64,000 nt of DNA from Bugula neritina (lineage: Eukaryota; Animalia; Bryozoa): assembly GCA_964035545.1 (NCBI GenBank), contig OZ037765.1:17856995-17920994 (forward strand). Direction: 5' to 3'. Shown in pieces: positions 36,101 through 47,679 of this stretch (position 1 is the stretch's first letter; every line of letters begins with the position of its first letter). The position numbers were made by a program, and so were the translations under genes. The notes beneath the pieces were generated by a model, which worked only from the letters and a program-made list of their open reading frames with translations, made no database searches and had not been told where the DNA came from.

Positions 36101-39100
36101 ACTGTTTAGTTGCTGGTTCTCATTTATTACTGATACATATAATTTTATAGAGTGGGACAGCCTTGGTGTTATATTAATTAATGGCTGCAGTTTAGTTAGT
36201 TTTCAACCTTCTGCAGGCTCAATTCTCCAGTAAATATAAAATTGTATTTTTACACTTGCAATTAATTCTGCAGTTATATTGTCCAAATGGTTTAGACAAT
36301 TGTTTTTTTTTTGTGTTTAGAGTGAAATTCCACTGAGTAAACTTTTTAGCATCAACACCTCATACAAGTTAATTTGCAAACATGTTTTTACACTTTACAT
36401 ATGTACATTTCAACATTTTTCTACTTTATTAATGCATCTTAAATAAATAACTCGTTTAATCACCTTGAATTCTGTTGAGGGTACTGTTTAGAATGGTTGT
36501 ATCTTTGTAAAATTCTTTCAGTCTTTGTGTACATGCTGCGAAGCAACCCTGTGGTAAAGAATCAAACTTTTGATTAGCTTTAAAATCTGTTTTTACAGAA
36601 TAAAGCTGTTTATTATATCAAAACAAACGTGCAGTCGCTGCACTTGTTCTCTTTCAACCCCTTTAGGTGCTGCAGGTTTAATTGGCTACTTAGTGGGTAG
36701 CCATCCAGAGTTGTCTCTCTAAAGTATTAACTACCAAAGTCTAAAAAATATTAGTGTCTTCGCTGTTGGTAATATTGTACGCATCATCATTTCAATTATA
36801 AGAAATGTTTGTCTTATGTATTATAGTATAGTTCATGTAGGCAAGCACTGTTTGTGTGAGGTATAATGTATGTATAGTATGACGACAGTAAGTTACATCA
36901 GGTACTCAAAACGTACTTCATAGGTTATGTAGATAATAATTGCAAACCATATTATTTGTAAATATTATTATGGTATCACAGTACGTATTAAATGTTATAC
37001 TTTATAATACAATAATTATAGTATATTGCAATGCCATACTATATAATTAGAATAATAATATTATATGGCTAATGATAAATATACAAAGAAAAATTCTGTT
37101 GATCTAAGCGTTATATATGCCTGCAAGTCACCAGCACATAATTGTCATATTTTTTACCTTTATCAAAGGCTCATCTTCTTCAAAGCTAAAATACATAAAA
37201 TATATTGAATTCCTAAAGCTAAAATCATATTTTCTCAGGCATATTGCATATATAACAAGAGATCACCTATTGTATTGGTAAAATATATTTTTTTAGAAAC
37301 AGTTATAGGGAGATGATAAAAAATTTCATATATACCAATATACTAATTATAATAACAGCTCTGCAGACCAAAGTTTTATATATAACAATACTTTACTTTA
37401 AGTTTGTCAATTTTCTTAATTCGGTGATGTTGAGACTTGTAGACTGCCTGCTAGCTATGTTCCTGTAGCTTTTCCTCCGAAGTCTGTTAGAATTAGTTGT
37501 AGGAAGTACTGAGTCGCTGGTGTTATCAAATCTAAATAAAATACAAAATATTATAATTTGTAAACATAGTCATACATTTTAGCCACACGATTCATGGAGA
37601 TTTAAGCAGGTAGAGTGTTTACTGGATAAGATAAGTCAACTGTCTGTCAACACTCAAGGAAACAGCTTGAACTTATGGAAAAGCTACTTATATACAGCGG
37701 CTGAACAGACAAAAAGCTAAAACATCAGAATTGAAACTGACCTATAAACAATTTTAATATTATCACTCACGACTTTGTGCACCGTTAATATAATAAATAT
37801 AAATATATCATGAGTATTTTAATATAAGCAATGTAAAACTTTACTCTCATTTCAGATTAGGACAATGGGGCTATTGATTGTTCTCAATTAGACAAATAAG
37901 ATATTTGTGCATGTTATGGCTTTCTGGTTGATCAAAAAGTACTGCTTCTACTCCACAAAGTGTACAAGAAGGTATAAAATTGTATAGATAGATAAAACTG
38001 TTTCCACACAAATGAGAAACAATTTTCATTTATGAAAGCTTAAAATTAGCAGTGTGGGAGACACAACTTTAACTTTAACTCAAATTATAAAAACTTCTAA
38101 TCATTGAGCTCAAGAATAAAATGTTGCATGATTACTAAAAGCCACGTGGCTATGTAGTGTTGCATATATATAGTGAAGCACACACTACGGCCTATAGTAT
38201 ACATATTATATATAGCTACCACTATAAGCCTAGGGCCACACGGCGCGTATTTTCGCATGCGAAAATTGAAATCACAAGTAGCAAAGGTGTCCACTGTGCG
38301 CGTTGAGAAAACCTTCGCACTTGTCGCTCTGCATTCTCAACGCAAGTGCGAATCGTCTCTGTCGTCGACACCTAATTGGCTGATAGTTATCCAGCGAGCC
38401 CAACTTCTTTATTTTAGTGCTACATTCCAGTAAATTGCGTTTTATTGAAAGCGAGTGCGATTTAAAAATGAAAGCTTTATTTATCACGCATCACTGATGC
38501 TACAGTGGACACCTTTGCTACTTGTGATTTCAATTTTCGCATGCGAAAATACCGCCGTGTGGCCCTAGGCTAACCAATAGTAGTATAATAATTTGAGGCT
38601 GCCAATACACTGCTGCCATAAGAATAGTGAGAGGAAATGGCTAGCATGACATTACTACTATAAGATAGTTAAAGCAGTTATCCAATACATATGGTTGTCA
38701 TCAGTTTATGCTAAACAATTGATTTGAACAATTATTATAGGTTGGAGTCTGTTTTCTCATTTGTATGAAGAATTATACCGGGTGACAGAAGCTTTTAGAG
38801 GTGAAAGTTTTGTTAGCTATCACTATTATGTTAGCTTTATATGAGTCACTGCAGTACAGAACTGTTGTTTGAAATCCCGAAGCCCCTGTAGCGTAATTGG
38901 TTAGCGAGCCAGCTTGCAAGCCGGAAGTCTGTGGTTCGAATCCCGGTGGGGGCAATTATTTTACAAGAACTGAAGGAGAAAAGTTTAGCTTTTAGCTGTA
39001 CTCGATTTTTTTCCTAGTCCAGTTATTGTGCAGTAGTATGGTGGTGAAACATAAGTGTTACATGGTGTGTTGTAAAGAAAAGAAGCTTAAATCTCACTAA

Positions 39101-42100
39101 CCTGGGCTTGCTTCTATGCTCCCTCAGTACATCACTGGGCAGCCTCAAGGTATCCCAACCAGAATTTGTAATCTTTTCATTTTTTCTGTTTAAAAATTCA
39201 AAGAGCTCTTCATCAGTCAGCTCGTGACTAATCCTGTCAACTTCGGAGTTCAATGAGCCTCGTCTTCTACAATACAGATAGTATTAACTTGTGACTTCTA
39301 CAATATAGATAGTATTAACTTGTGACTTCTACAATATAGATTGTATTAACTTGTGACTTCTACAATATAGATTGTATTAACTTGTGACTTCTACAATATA
39401 GATTGTATTAGCTTGTGGCTTCTACAATACGGATAGTATTAACTTGTGACTTCTACAATACAGATAGTATTAACTTGTGACTTCTACAATGCAGATAGTA
39501 TTAACTTGTGACTTCTACAATACAGATAGTATTAACTTGTGACTTCTACAATATAGATAGTATTAACTTGTGACTTCTACAATATATAGATTGTATTAGC
39601 TTGTGACTTCTACAATACAGATAGTATTAACTTGTGGCTTCTACAATACAGATAGTATTAACTTGTGACTTCTACAATATAGATTGTATTAGCTTGTGAC
39701 TTTGAGTAACTAAGCTACATATAAGTCATGATTGTCACTACATAAACTTTTTCCTTTTTCATTTTTGTACTGCAAAGTAATGTTAAGTTTATTTCGCAAA
39801 AAGTTAACAAACAAAAATATATATTGCTGAGAACATGTTATTGTTTATATATAATTGTCAGAGCTGGTTATTTTAGGCATAGCATTGCCTATGCCGTCAC
39901 TCAGAAAGTTTTTGAAAGCTGAGGGCAATTAATAAGGAGAGAGAGATGGTACCCAGAAAAGCGTTTATACCAAAATTTATTTTTTAATTTGTGAACTTAT
40001 TTATAAATACATTAAAAATAAAAAATTGATGATTTGTATTATCAAAGAAAACAGCTTGTCTATAATGATTTAGGTCTTAGGAGAATAAGTATATATTTAT
40101 ATAGTCATGAATATAAATGTGAAGACAAAATTTGATACCAAAGCTGTGAAGTTGGCAGAGCAAAAACAATATGGTCTAATGTGAGCTCCATAGAAAATGA
40201 TAAAGATCAGGTTTTAGTATAGATAGGCAGGTAGGCATCAGGTGATCAAATAAATGATTTGATAATATATTACTGTATATCAGGAAAATTAAGTAGCTAA
40301 TATAAATTTCCTAACTTCACCATTATTTTCAATATTATGGCGTTTAAAGAAAAAGAAAATTTGCAAAATAGAAGCTCTGTTAGAAAATAAAATAGAAACA
40401 CCACATACTAGTAGCATATATAGCTTGAGCTGCAAGAACACACAAAGCCGTTAAAAACTGGAAATTTTGAAGCAAGTACTTTAACACTTGGAAGTAAACA
40501 CATTAGTATTTCCATTACATTAAAAAACCAAAAAAAAAGCTTTAATTATGCAAGTCATTGAACAGCCGCATTAAATTATTTCCAGTTTTAAGAATGTGTT
40601 TTATGTTTAATGATAAGTTTAAGGGTTTAAAACCGAAGTTCACAGAAATTAAAAAGTTATAAACAGCATGCTAGGTAGGTAACTAATCTTGCAACTCTCA
40701 GCATTTTAGAATATTCAATAACACCAGGAACTTAAATAGCCTTGATTAACTATCGAAACTTTTAGGTTTATCTTTGTATGGTTTCCTCAATACTTGCACA
40801 ATAAAAAAGCTGTGTCATCATTGCACCTCAATTCAAAGCCGCCGATATGAATTTCATAATACCATACCCAAACAATGTCAACATTAGACCAGGAAAAACC
40901 TAAGATCTGGTTGATTAGATAAAACGCATATGTTCAAGCTTGAGGTCAAAGTACCTACACAAAATGTATAAATGGGAGTTTCAAGGATGTTTAATTGCTG
41001 GATTGTGTTACTTACATGCAGAATGCTGCAATCTTAAATTGCCTACTCACGTGAAGTGTTTACAAAATCAAACTTGATCTTGGAATAAGCAATTTGCTGA
41101 TGTAAAAACACCTACTGGGATAGCCTTGTACTATGGATAAGTGTAGCTTATCATGATGTCAAATTACTGAAATGTGCCTGTTATACAATAGCATTGTTAT
41201 TCTCAATCTGTCTTGTTGCAACAAGCACTTTATTTTGCTTTAGTTTTCACAGTTAAAGTAGAGTTTACAGCTTTGTCTACTCATTGGTGGCAGGAGTAGA
41301 GAATTACAGTTTCTGTAACATAATATTATGCTTCAGTTTATTATTATTAGTATGAGTTGCTCTCATTAGTTCAGAGGTTTTACAATTTACCTATAAACAA
41401 GTAGGTGATTTAACTGATCACATTTAGCACAGCATATTCTATGTAAAAGCTGATTCTGATATGGGAGCTTATCTGTTACAAGAGGCATTTGATAGCTGTT
41501 TTAATCAAGCCTAAGTATTTGTTTGAGCAGTGCTTATCGATTTGTTTCGAAGAACATTTGCTACAAGTGCGTTACTCTAAGCTTTACTGCCTTTCAGCCA
41601 TTTGTTAAACTACATTACATTGTCAATAGATCAAATTAGTTGGAGTTGGAGTAGTAGAAAAATTAGGAAAAGCCTGTGGCCATAGTTGAGAAACATGTCA
41701 AAAGAAGTCGTGTTCTCAGCGGCTTTTCGAATTACATCCCTAATTACCATGCAAATGCCATTGTAGCAATTAAAAATCTTGGGTTGTTTAGATTTCTCTA
41801 TTGTTGTATTTAAATAGCTACATACCAATTATATTAATGTATGTTGACAATAAACGATCAATCACTTAAGGGGCTATAATCAGTTATTTGTGCGCTAACT
41901 TATTATTTTAATTTATAGAGGCAAAAAAATTATTGCATTACAACAGTTGTTTTAATAATCACAGATCATTGTTTTCTATTGTATGGACACATGGTTAAAT
42001 ATTGTAGGACTAATGAGAAGTAAATAATATGTTCTGTACTATTATGTAATATGAGTAATTTATAGATTTTTGAATTAGCTACAAAGTTGAGTTTACTAAA

Positions 42101-42970
42101 AATTCTAGTTTTTAATTTTCAAGCAATTAAGGTACATATATTTTTTCAGTACATACTCAATCCAAATTATTATATTGATAATGACTCAGGCATTAAGCTA
42201 TTTAATGTAGAAACTTTCAAAATTACAAAAAAATTGATTTCTTAGAAAGAGGTGAATTTGGTAGTGTACATTATGCTCTTTACAAATTATGATGAATACT
42301 TTACCTTAACAGCAACACACAGAACAAACATTACTGATTTTAATGATGGTGGTTATGTATGTTGTTGCAAGTGTTGTATTATGTCGCAGTGTTATCCCAG
42401 TTGGACGCTATTTATCTATTTTGGTACAATATATACTTTACATGCAATTTATTTGAATATTATTGCAATATTGTACGAGTATATATAATTAAATAAACTT
42501 GGATCAATTACTTGTTATATAGCTCATGAATAAATTCCTTTGATTTGCATTAATTTAATTATTTTGCATCTTCTATGCTTCTTGTTGTTTGAAAAGATAT
42601 TTAGTTAATAGGTATCCATTAAAAATAATGTCTATTATTAATTTATTGCTGCTTTTTTGTCCCACTCAAATTCATGAACATTGGAATATTAAAAATAGTG
42701 TTTAACCGGTAAGCATCTATTTGAGATGAAACTTTATGCAGCATAACCAATTCAAAGTTTCTAATTCACCAGGTAAATTTTCGTTGATGTTTAAAATTAT
42801 TCGATAAAAGTTGGAAAGCACTCAAAAAAAATTGAAAAAGCCTAATGTACCTAAAGAAAGTTGCTTGTAGTTGTGTTCATCATAATTCAAGTAGTACATT
42901 GTGTATATATTATAAACAAATGCACAACTTACGTCAATCCAAGAGAAAACTGAGAACTTCTGCGCTGCAT
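27110..42970 (-). CDS. TMC: Transmembrane channel-like (TMC) family protein, ~20 exons, ~985 aa
   Basis: Exons: 42970-42933, 39266-39102, 37531-37397, 37185-37158, 36685-36629 (these five less certain), 36548-36464, 36076-35921, 35814-35690, 35167-35025, 34616-34463, 34204-34040, 33473-33298, 32966-32813, 32323-32226, 31855-31669, 31460-31330, 30456-30295, 29265-29187, 28106-27998 and 27720-27110. TMC signatures: IQGRFGSAIMEYFSFVKWL, TPLFYG, SWDF, CWETHLGQQIYKL, EFDMPKNV..YTQTLSWIGVFFSPFLP and PSQSCGPF. The subfamily cannot be assigned by eye. Confidence 0.93.
28245..28523. repeat. Compound pentanucleotide microsatellite (ATATT/ATCAC/ACCAC)
   Basis: Five-base periodicity throughout; source of the HHTTP ORF. 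Confidence 0.95.
35403..35605 (-). mobile_element. tRNA-derived SINE, family 1 (in TMC intron)
   Basis: Colinear with 2420-2626 (ctcacgcaagt..gagaaacccctgatggaaaggg..ggacttattca..tgactggatgct..accaatggcctt..actaagccaa). The B box reads GGTTCAAACTCC on the minus strand. Confidence 0.8.
38228..38570. mobile_element. MITE, PIF/Harbinger type (343 bp)
   Basis: TIRs of ~70 bp (gcctagggccacacggcg...aaaggtgtccactgt) are identical but for one indel. The element is flanked by TAA on both sides (38225-38227 and 38571-38573) and has no transposase. Confidence 0.9.
38882..38954 (+). mobile_element. tRNA-like element (tRNA-derived repeat family 2 or tRNA pseudogene)
   Basis: A box TAGCGTAATTGG, B box GGTTCGAATCC and a pairing acceptor stem are present. 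The D, anticodon and T stems are mismatched and the anticodon loop is 6 nt. A diverged copy occurs at 61417-61502. Confidence 0.7.
39264..39699. repeat. 31-bp minisatellite x14 spanning a TMC intron/exon junction
   Basis: Unit cttctacaata(c/t)agat(a/t)gtatta(a/g)cttgtg(a/g). Unit starts: 39264, 39295, 39326, 39357, 39388, 39419, 39450, 39481, 39512, 39543, 39574, 39607, 39638 and 39669. Confidence 0.97.
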
Positions 42971-42996
42971 TTCTGCCTCTGAATAAAGAGTCTTTG

Positions 42997-43023
42997 GTGT
43001 GTGTGTGTGTGTGTGTGTGTGTG
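42997..43023. repeat. (GT)n microsatellite
   Basis: About 13 gt units just upstream of the proposed first coding exon of TMC. Confidence 0.95.
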
Positions 43024-44102
43024 CTTCTTTCTTAGCCTTCAACTGAGTTTAATGTCGCTTAGTAGACCCTCCACAGAACTTAAGACTGTCGGATTATTAT
43101 GTTATTGGCAGCAAAGAAGTAGCAAGAACATTGTTGTGCAAAGATTGATTACTTGTTTAGTACATTTGCTACTTTTGCTGCCTAATTATGGTGATTCAAA
43201 TCGGAATTAAGTATAACTGTGTTCCGATACTTGATCTTCGTGTCTATATGTAGTTCAATAATGACTTCCTGTCAAAGTCATTATAATTTTACCCGTGAAG
43301 TTTCTTAATTTTATATTTGAACTTTAGCAATGCTACCACGTAATACACCAAGCTGTGTTTGTATTTAATTAAATACAGCCAACTGCCTCTATAGAATTAT
43401 AACTAGTGAAGTTTGCCCACCTTATCAGTGAGTGAGGTAGGTAGCGATGTTATGCATTGATATTTTGTGAGCTGATAAGGCTTAAAATCCACTTGACTAC
43501 AGATGCAAAAACCTACTCAAATAATGACTTCAACATCCTCGTTACATCGACACTAGACTGTCATCTTAGCATTCAGCACTAACTAAATGTTTTCCCAGTG
43601 TCTTATATATTATTATACATAGGGCAGGTGCATGCTCGTATGATTTTATTCATTTACATGTATTATTTTTTTACAAATATATTCTATGATGCATACTAAA
43701 AATAGAAATGTTTGTCACTAATGAAAATGAGTTGAAACTGAAGAAGATAGAGGAAGATTATAGTTTCTTCACTATTTTTATTTAACTGTAACTTTATAAT
43801 TATCAATTAAAAACGCTTTTTTTCAGCCAAACTGTGTGAAAATAGCTCTGCTATTCCATCCACTTTGACCATAAAGACAGTTTGAGAAAAGTAATCCCAT
43901 AGATAAGTAATAAGACGTAAGACCTGTATTATAATATGCACATATTGCATGAGATAACAGCAGAAAGAAAAACAGCTGTCCTTCTAACCTCTTTTCATTT
44001 TAGAGGTAACTGCAATAATAGAGAAATAAAAAAAGCCTGTGCTTCAAATGCAAAACAAGAATTTCAACCTTTGCCCCAAACTAAAACTGTAGCTGAAGAG
44101 CT

Positions 44103-44204
<102 letters not shown>

Positions 44205-44650
44205 TAACTATGCAAATAATAGTATGAGTTGTTGAATGTACATACATCAGCTACAAACAAAAAAAGATATTTTTCAATTATAACAGTTTGCAGTATAAAA
44301 TGCCATTTTTGTATTTCATTCTAACATGATAAAGCCACTATATGCATGTATTTAGCAGGCAAACGTAATAGAGTAATACAAAAACATAGTGAAGCACTTG
44401 CATGTATACCTTGTATTGCCTTAAATAGAAAATATGGGCTTGTCACATGTGTTTGAATAAATGGCTAATTTCATTTCCTTTACTGCCAAGTTTTCTTAAT
44501 GTTAATTAATCTGATAAATTTCAAAATCTAGTAATTTTTGTACCGAATGATAAATTTATATAGCAAAATACCTTTAGTCTAACAGTATTTCTCCTCTTTA
44601 AGTAATGAAATAACCAAATAGTAATTAATTACAAGTGTTTATATAGTTTA

Positions 44651-45185
44651 GGAGCAGCCATGGTATAGTGCAGCTAGGGGTGTCAAATCTTTTCAGCCTG
44701 AAGGCCACTGAAATGGAATATTTTAGAGGCTGGGGCCACTTTGCAAAATTTAGCTTGAGCTGGGGGCCATGACATGAGTATTTTACTTTATTCCGAAGTT
44801 CCAATAATGACTGCAGGCTGCATGTTTTGTAGCTTGGTATGAATAAGAGATTGAAAGGGTGGTTTTCTACTCTAATTCATATTTGTGTACAAAATAATTT
44901 TATTTGTTATGCCTTTGAGCGCCACATAAATGTAGGCTGCCTTCCCCCACATCTGGCCCTGAGGCCACCTGTTAGACAGCCCTGGCCTAGTGGCTATGGT
45001 GTTGGCTTTGGTAATCAAGAGTGGTCAGATCTCCAGTAAAGGCCATTGATGTTAGAAAGGGCATTTAGTCCTAATTGTTTTTTTTTGCCACGTATGAAAA
45101 AGTCCTTAGCCTGCTTCAGAAAATGACCCCTTTTATCAGGGGTTCTCACAGGAATGGTAACTATAAACCCACTTGAGGTTTTATG
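44651..45185 (+). mobile_element. tRNA-derived SINE family 1, split by a nested MITE
   Basis: The head ggagcagccatggtatagtg (44651-44670) resumes at 44985 with gcctagtggctatggtgttggctt...taaaggccattg...aagtccttagcc...atcaggggttctcacagg. This matches the reverse complement of the other two copies. Confidence 0.75.
44671..44984. mobile_element. Degenerate hAT-type MITE
   Basis: The ends cag(ctag)gggtgtcaaa and ttagacagccctg resemble hAT CAGGGGTGTCAAA TIRs. Subterminal ggccac motifs are present. The degenerate 8-bp TSD is gtatagtg / gcctagtg. Confidence 0.7.
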
Positions 45186-47179
45186 TGTTTATTACAATTT
45201 GTTTACAGATAATGGAACTGATAACATCAGACACCGCCTAAAGTCTAAACAGACAAGCAAAGCAGAGGGAGAGCAAACAGTAATGAGTGGAGCTTTAAGA
45301 GAGATGGACAAGTCTAAGCAAAATACATGTATGTGAAAGAGAATTATAAATATATCTCTTTGAAAATTACTGTTATTCATGAAACTTTTCAGTTAATTTT
45401 TCGAATTAGTTGTAATAAGAAGAAAATTTATCTCAACTATCACAAGAGTAAAAAAAGCACTGCCGCTAGATCAGCATAACTATGAAGACCCATTTGTTGG
45501 ATTTATGAAACAGTTTTTAATTTAATTGCATGTTTTTAAGCCATTCCTCAGTAAATAGGATACAAACATTTAGCCTGTGGGAATATGTCAATATGCCAAC
45601 AAGTATATATAGCTTATAAAGTCTAATAATCAAAATAAATAAATTTGTATCATCAGTGTGTCTATTGTTTAGAAACTAAAACTTTTGATTGTTGTGAAAA
45701 ATAATTGTAATTAGATTGTTTGACCCAAAGTCATTGTTTATGAATTTCTTCATGTAGGAGGTTGCAATTTGCTGTATAGAATTGTGCTTTGCTATCTATA
45801 ATTGTATGTACTACATGATATTTCTTGAGATTAAATTATTGAAATGTTATTCCGCTGTAAGTATTATTCTGATATTTTTGTTTGATCAACACCTTTAGTG
45901 CATACTTAGAAGCATGTAGAATATAATGCTGTAAATTTATTATACTCAACTGCTAAATTCTAGTTGATATTCTTATTTTTAGCTGTTTGTGATCATGGTT
46001 ATGTGTAAAATTTTGGGTGGTAAGTAGTAAAAAAATAATAATTCAATTGTTTGTCATTGTCATCAAGTCATCTTTAAAATTAGTATACCACTTTAATTCC
46101 ATACTATCAGTATCAGCACATTTTGCTCCTCCAATGCACAACCGCTTTTTATATTCATTCCAAACCATGCAACAATTACTTTAACTCTATTTTTTGCTTA
46201 TATATAAAACTTCACAAAGTATTAGTGTGGTCTGTTGGTAAGCAAAAACATTTTTTGGAAGAAGTAAACTACGTCTTATAGCACTTAGAATAAAGAATTT
46301 AAAGCCCAAATTTATAACAGTAGTTTTGTAGATAAACATGTGATGGTAAGAAATTTAAGGTAAGAAATCTCTCGTCCTTAACAGACACGTAAGTGGTTAA
46401 CTATAGTATATGCTGACCTACCACCAGCAATAGGGCTTTCTCTGTATCTAGACAAAACAAGTGGCATATATGGTTGCTGACTTCTGTCTAGTGGATAAAT
46501 TGTTGCACTGCCTGCTTGCCTGCAAATTGAGTGTTACTATACTTATTGAATCTTAATAAATGTTTGCTTTCTTTTCAAATGTCGCCCTGTAAAAGGAGAA
46601 GAATATAATGAAAGTAAGTGCAAATCAAAATAACTTTGAAATATAAATAATAACAGTGCAAACAACATAACACTTATGATTTTACATTTGAATCCATAAT
46701 ATATTCAAGTAACCATTGTCATCATACAATGGTACATTTATGTAATTACAAGATAATTTTTTGCATTAGTTCAATGTGTTGGTTAAATATTAGGTATATA
46801 TCAGCAACTTGAGTTAAATTATAATACCTGCACTCACAATCCATTACAAGCATCTTTATATACAATTAGTAAATGTTATATGAAAATGGATTATACGTAA
46901 CTTCTTTCGTTTTTGTAAGTACAAACTGAAAAGCTGATGAAAGAATAAATGTAAAGTTTTAACAAATATGTAATATTGGAGTTGCATGTTATAACCTCGA
47001 TATGTTGAGAGAATTTGAGTTTGTTACTATAAATTTACAATGTATTACTAACCTTTTCTGACTGCAAACTGTTTAAGGAAAATTACTTACTTTATTTTCC
47101 TTAATGTAGTATTATCTATGTTTGTGCCTATAGAACTAGCTACATCTCTCAAATATTGCAGGGTTTTTCTATTCATTTG

Positions 47180-47679
<500 letters not shown>

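Noticed and set aside
38882-38954. Functional tRNA-Ala/Cys gene
   Set aside because: Mismatched D, anticodon and T stems, a 6-nt anticodon loop and a diverged dispersed copy point to a repeat or pseudogene.
39264-39699. CRISPR-like appearance of the 31-bp repeats
   Set aside because: The units are directly adjacent with no unique spacers, there are no cas genes, and the context is a eukaryotic intron.
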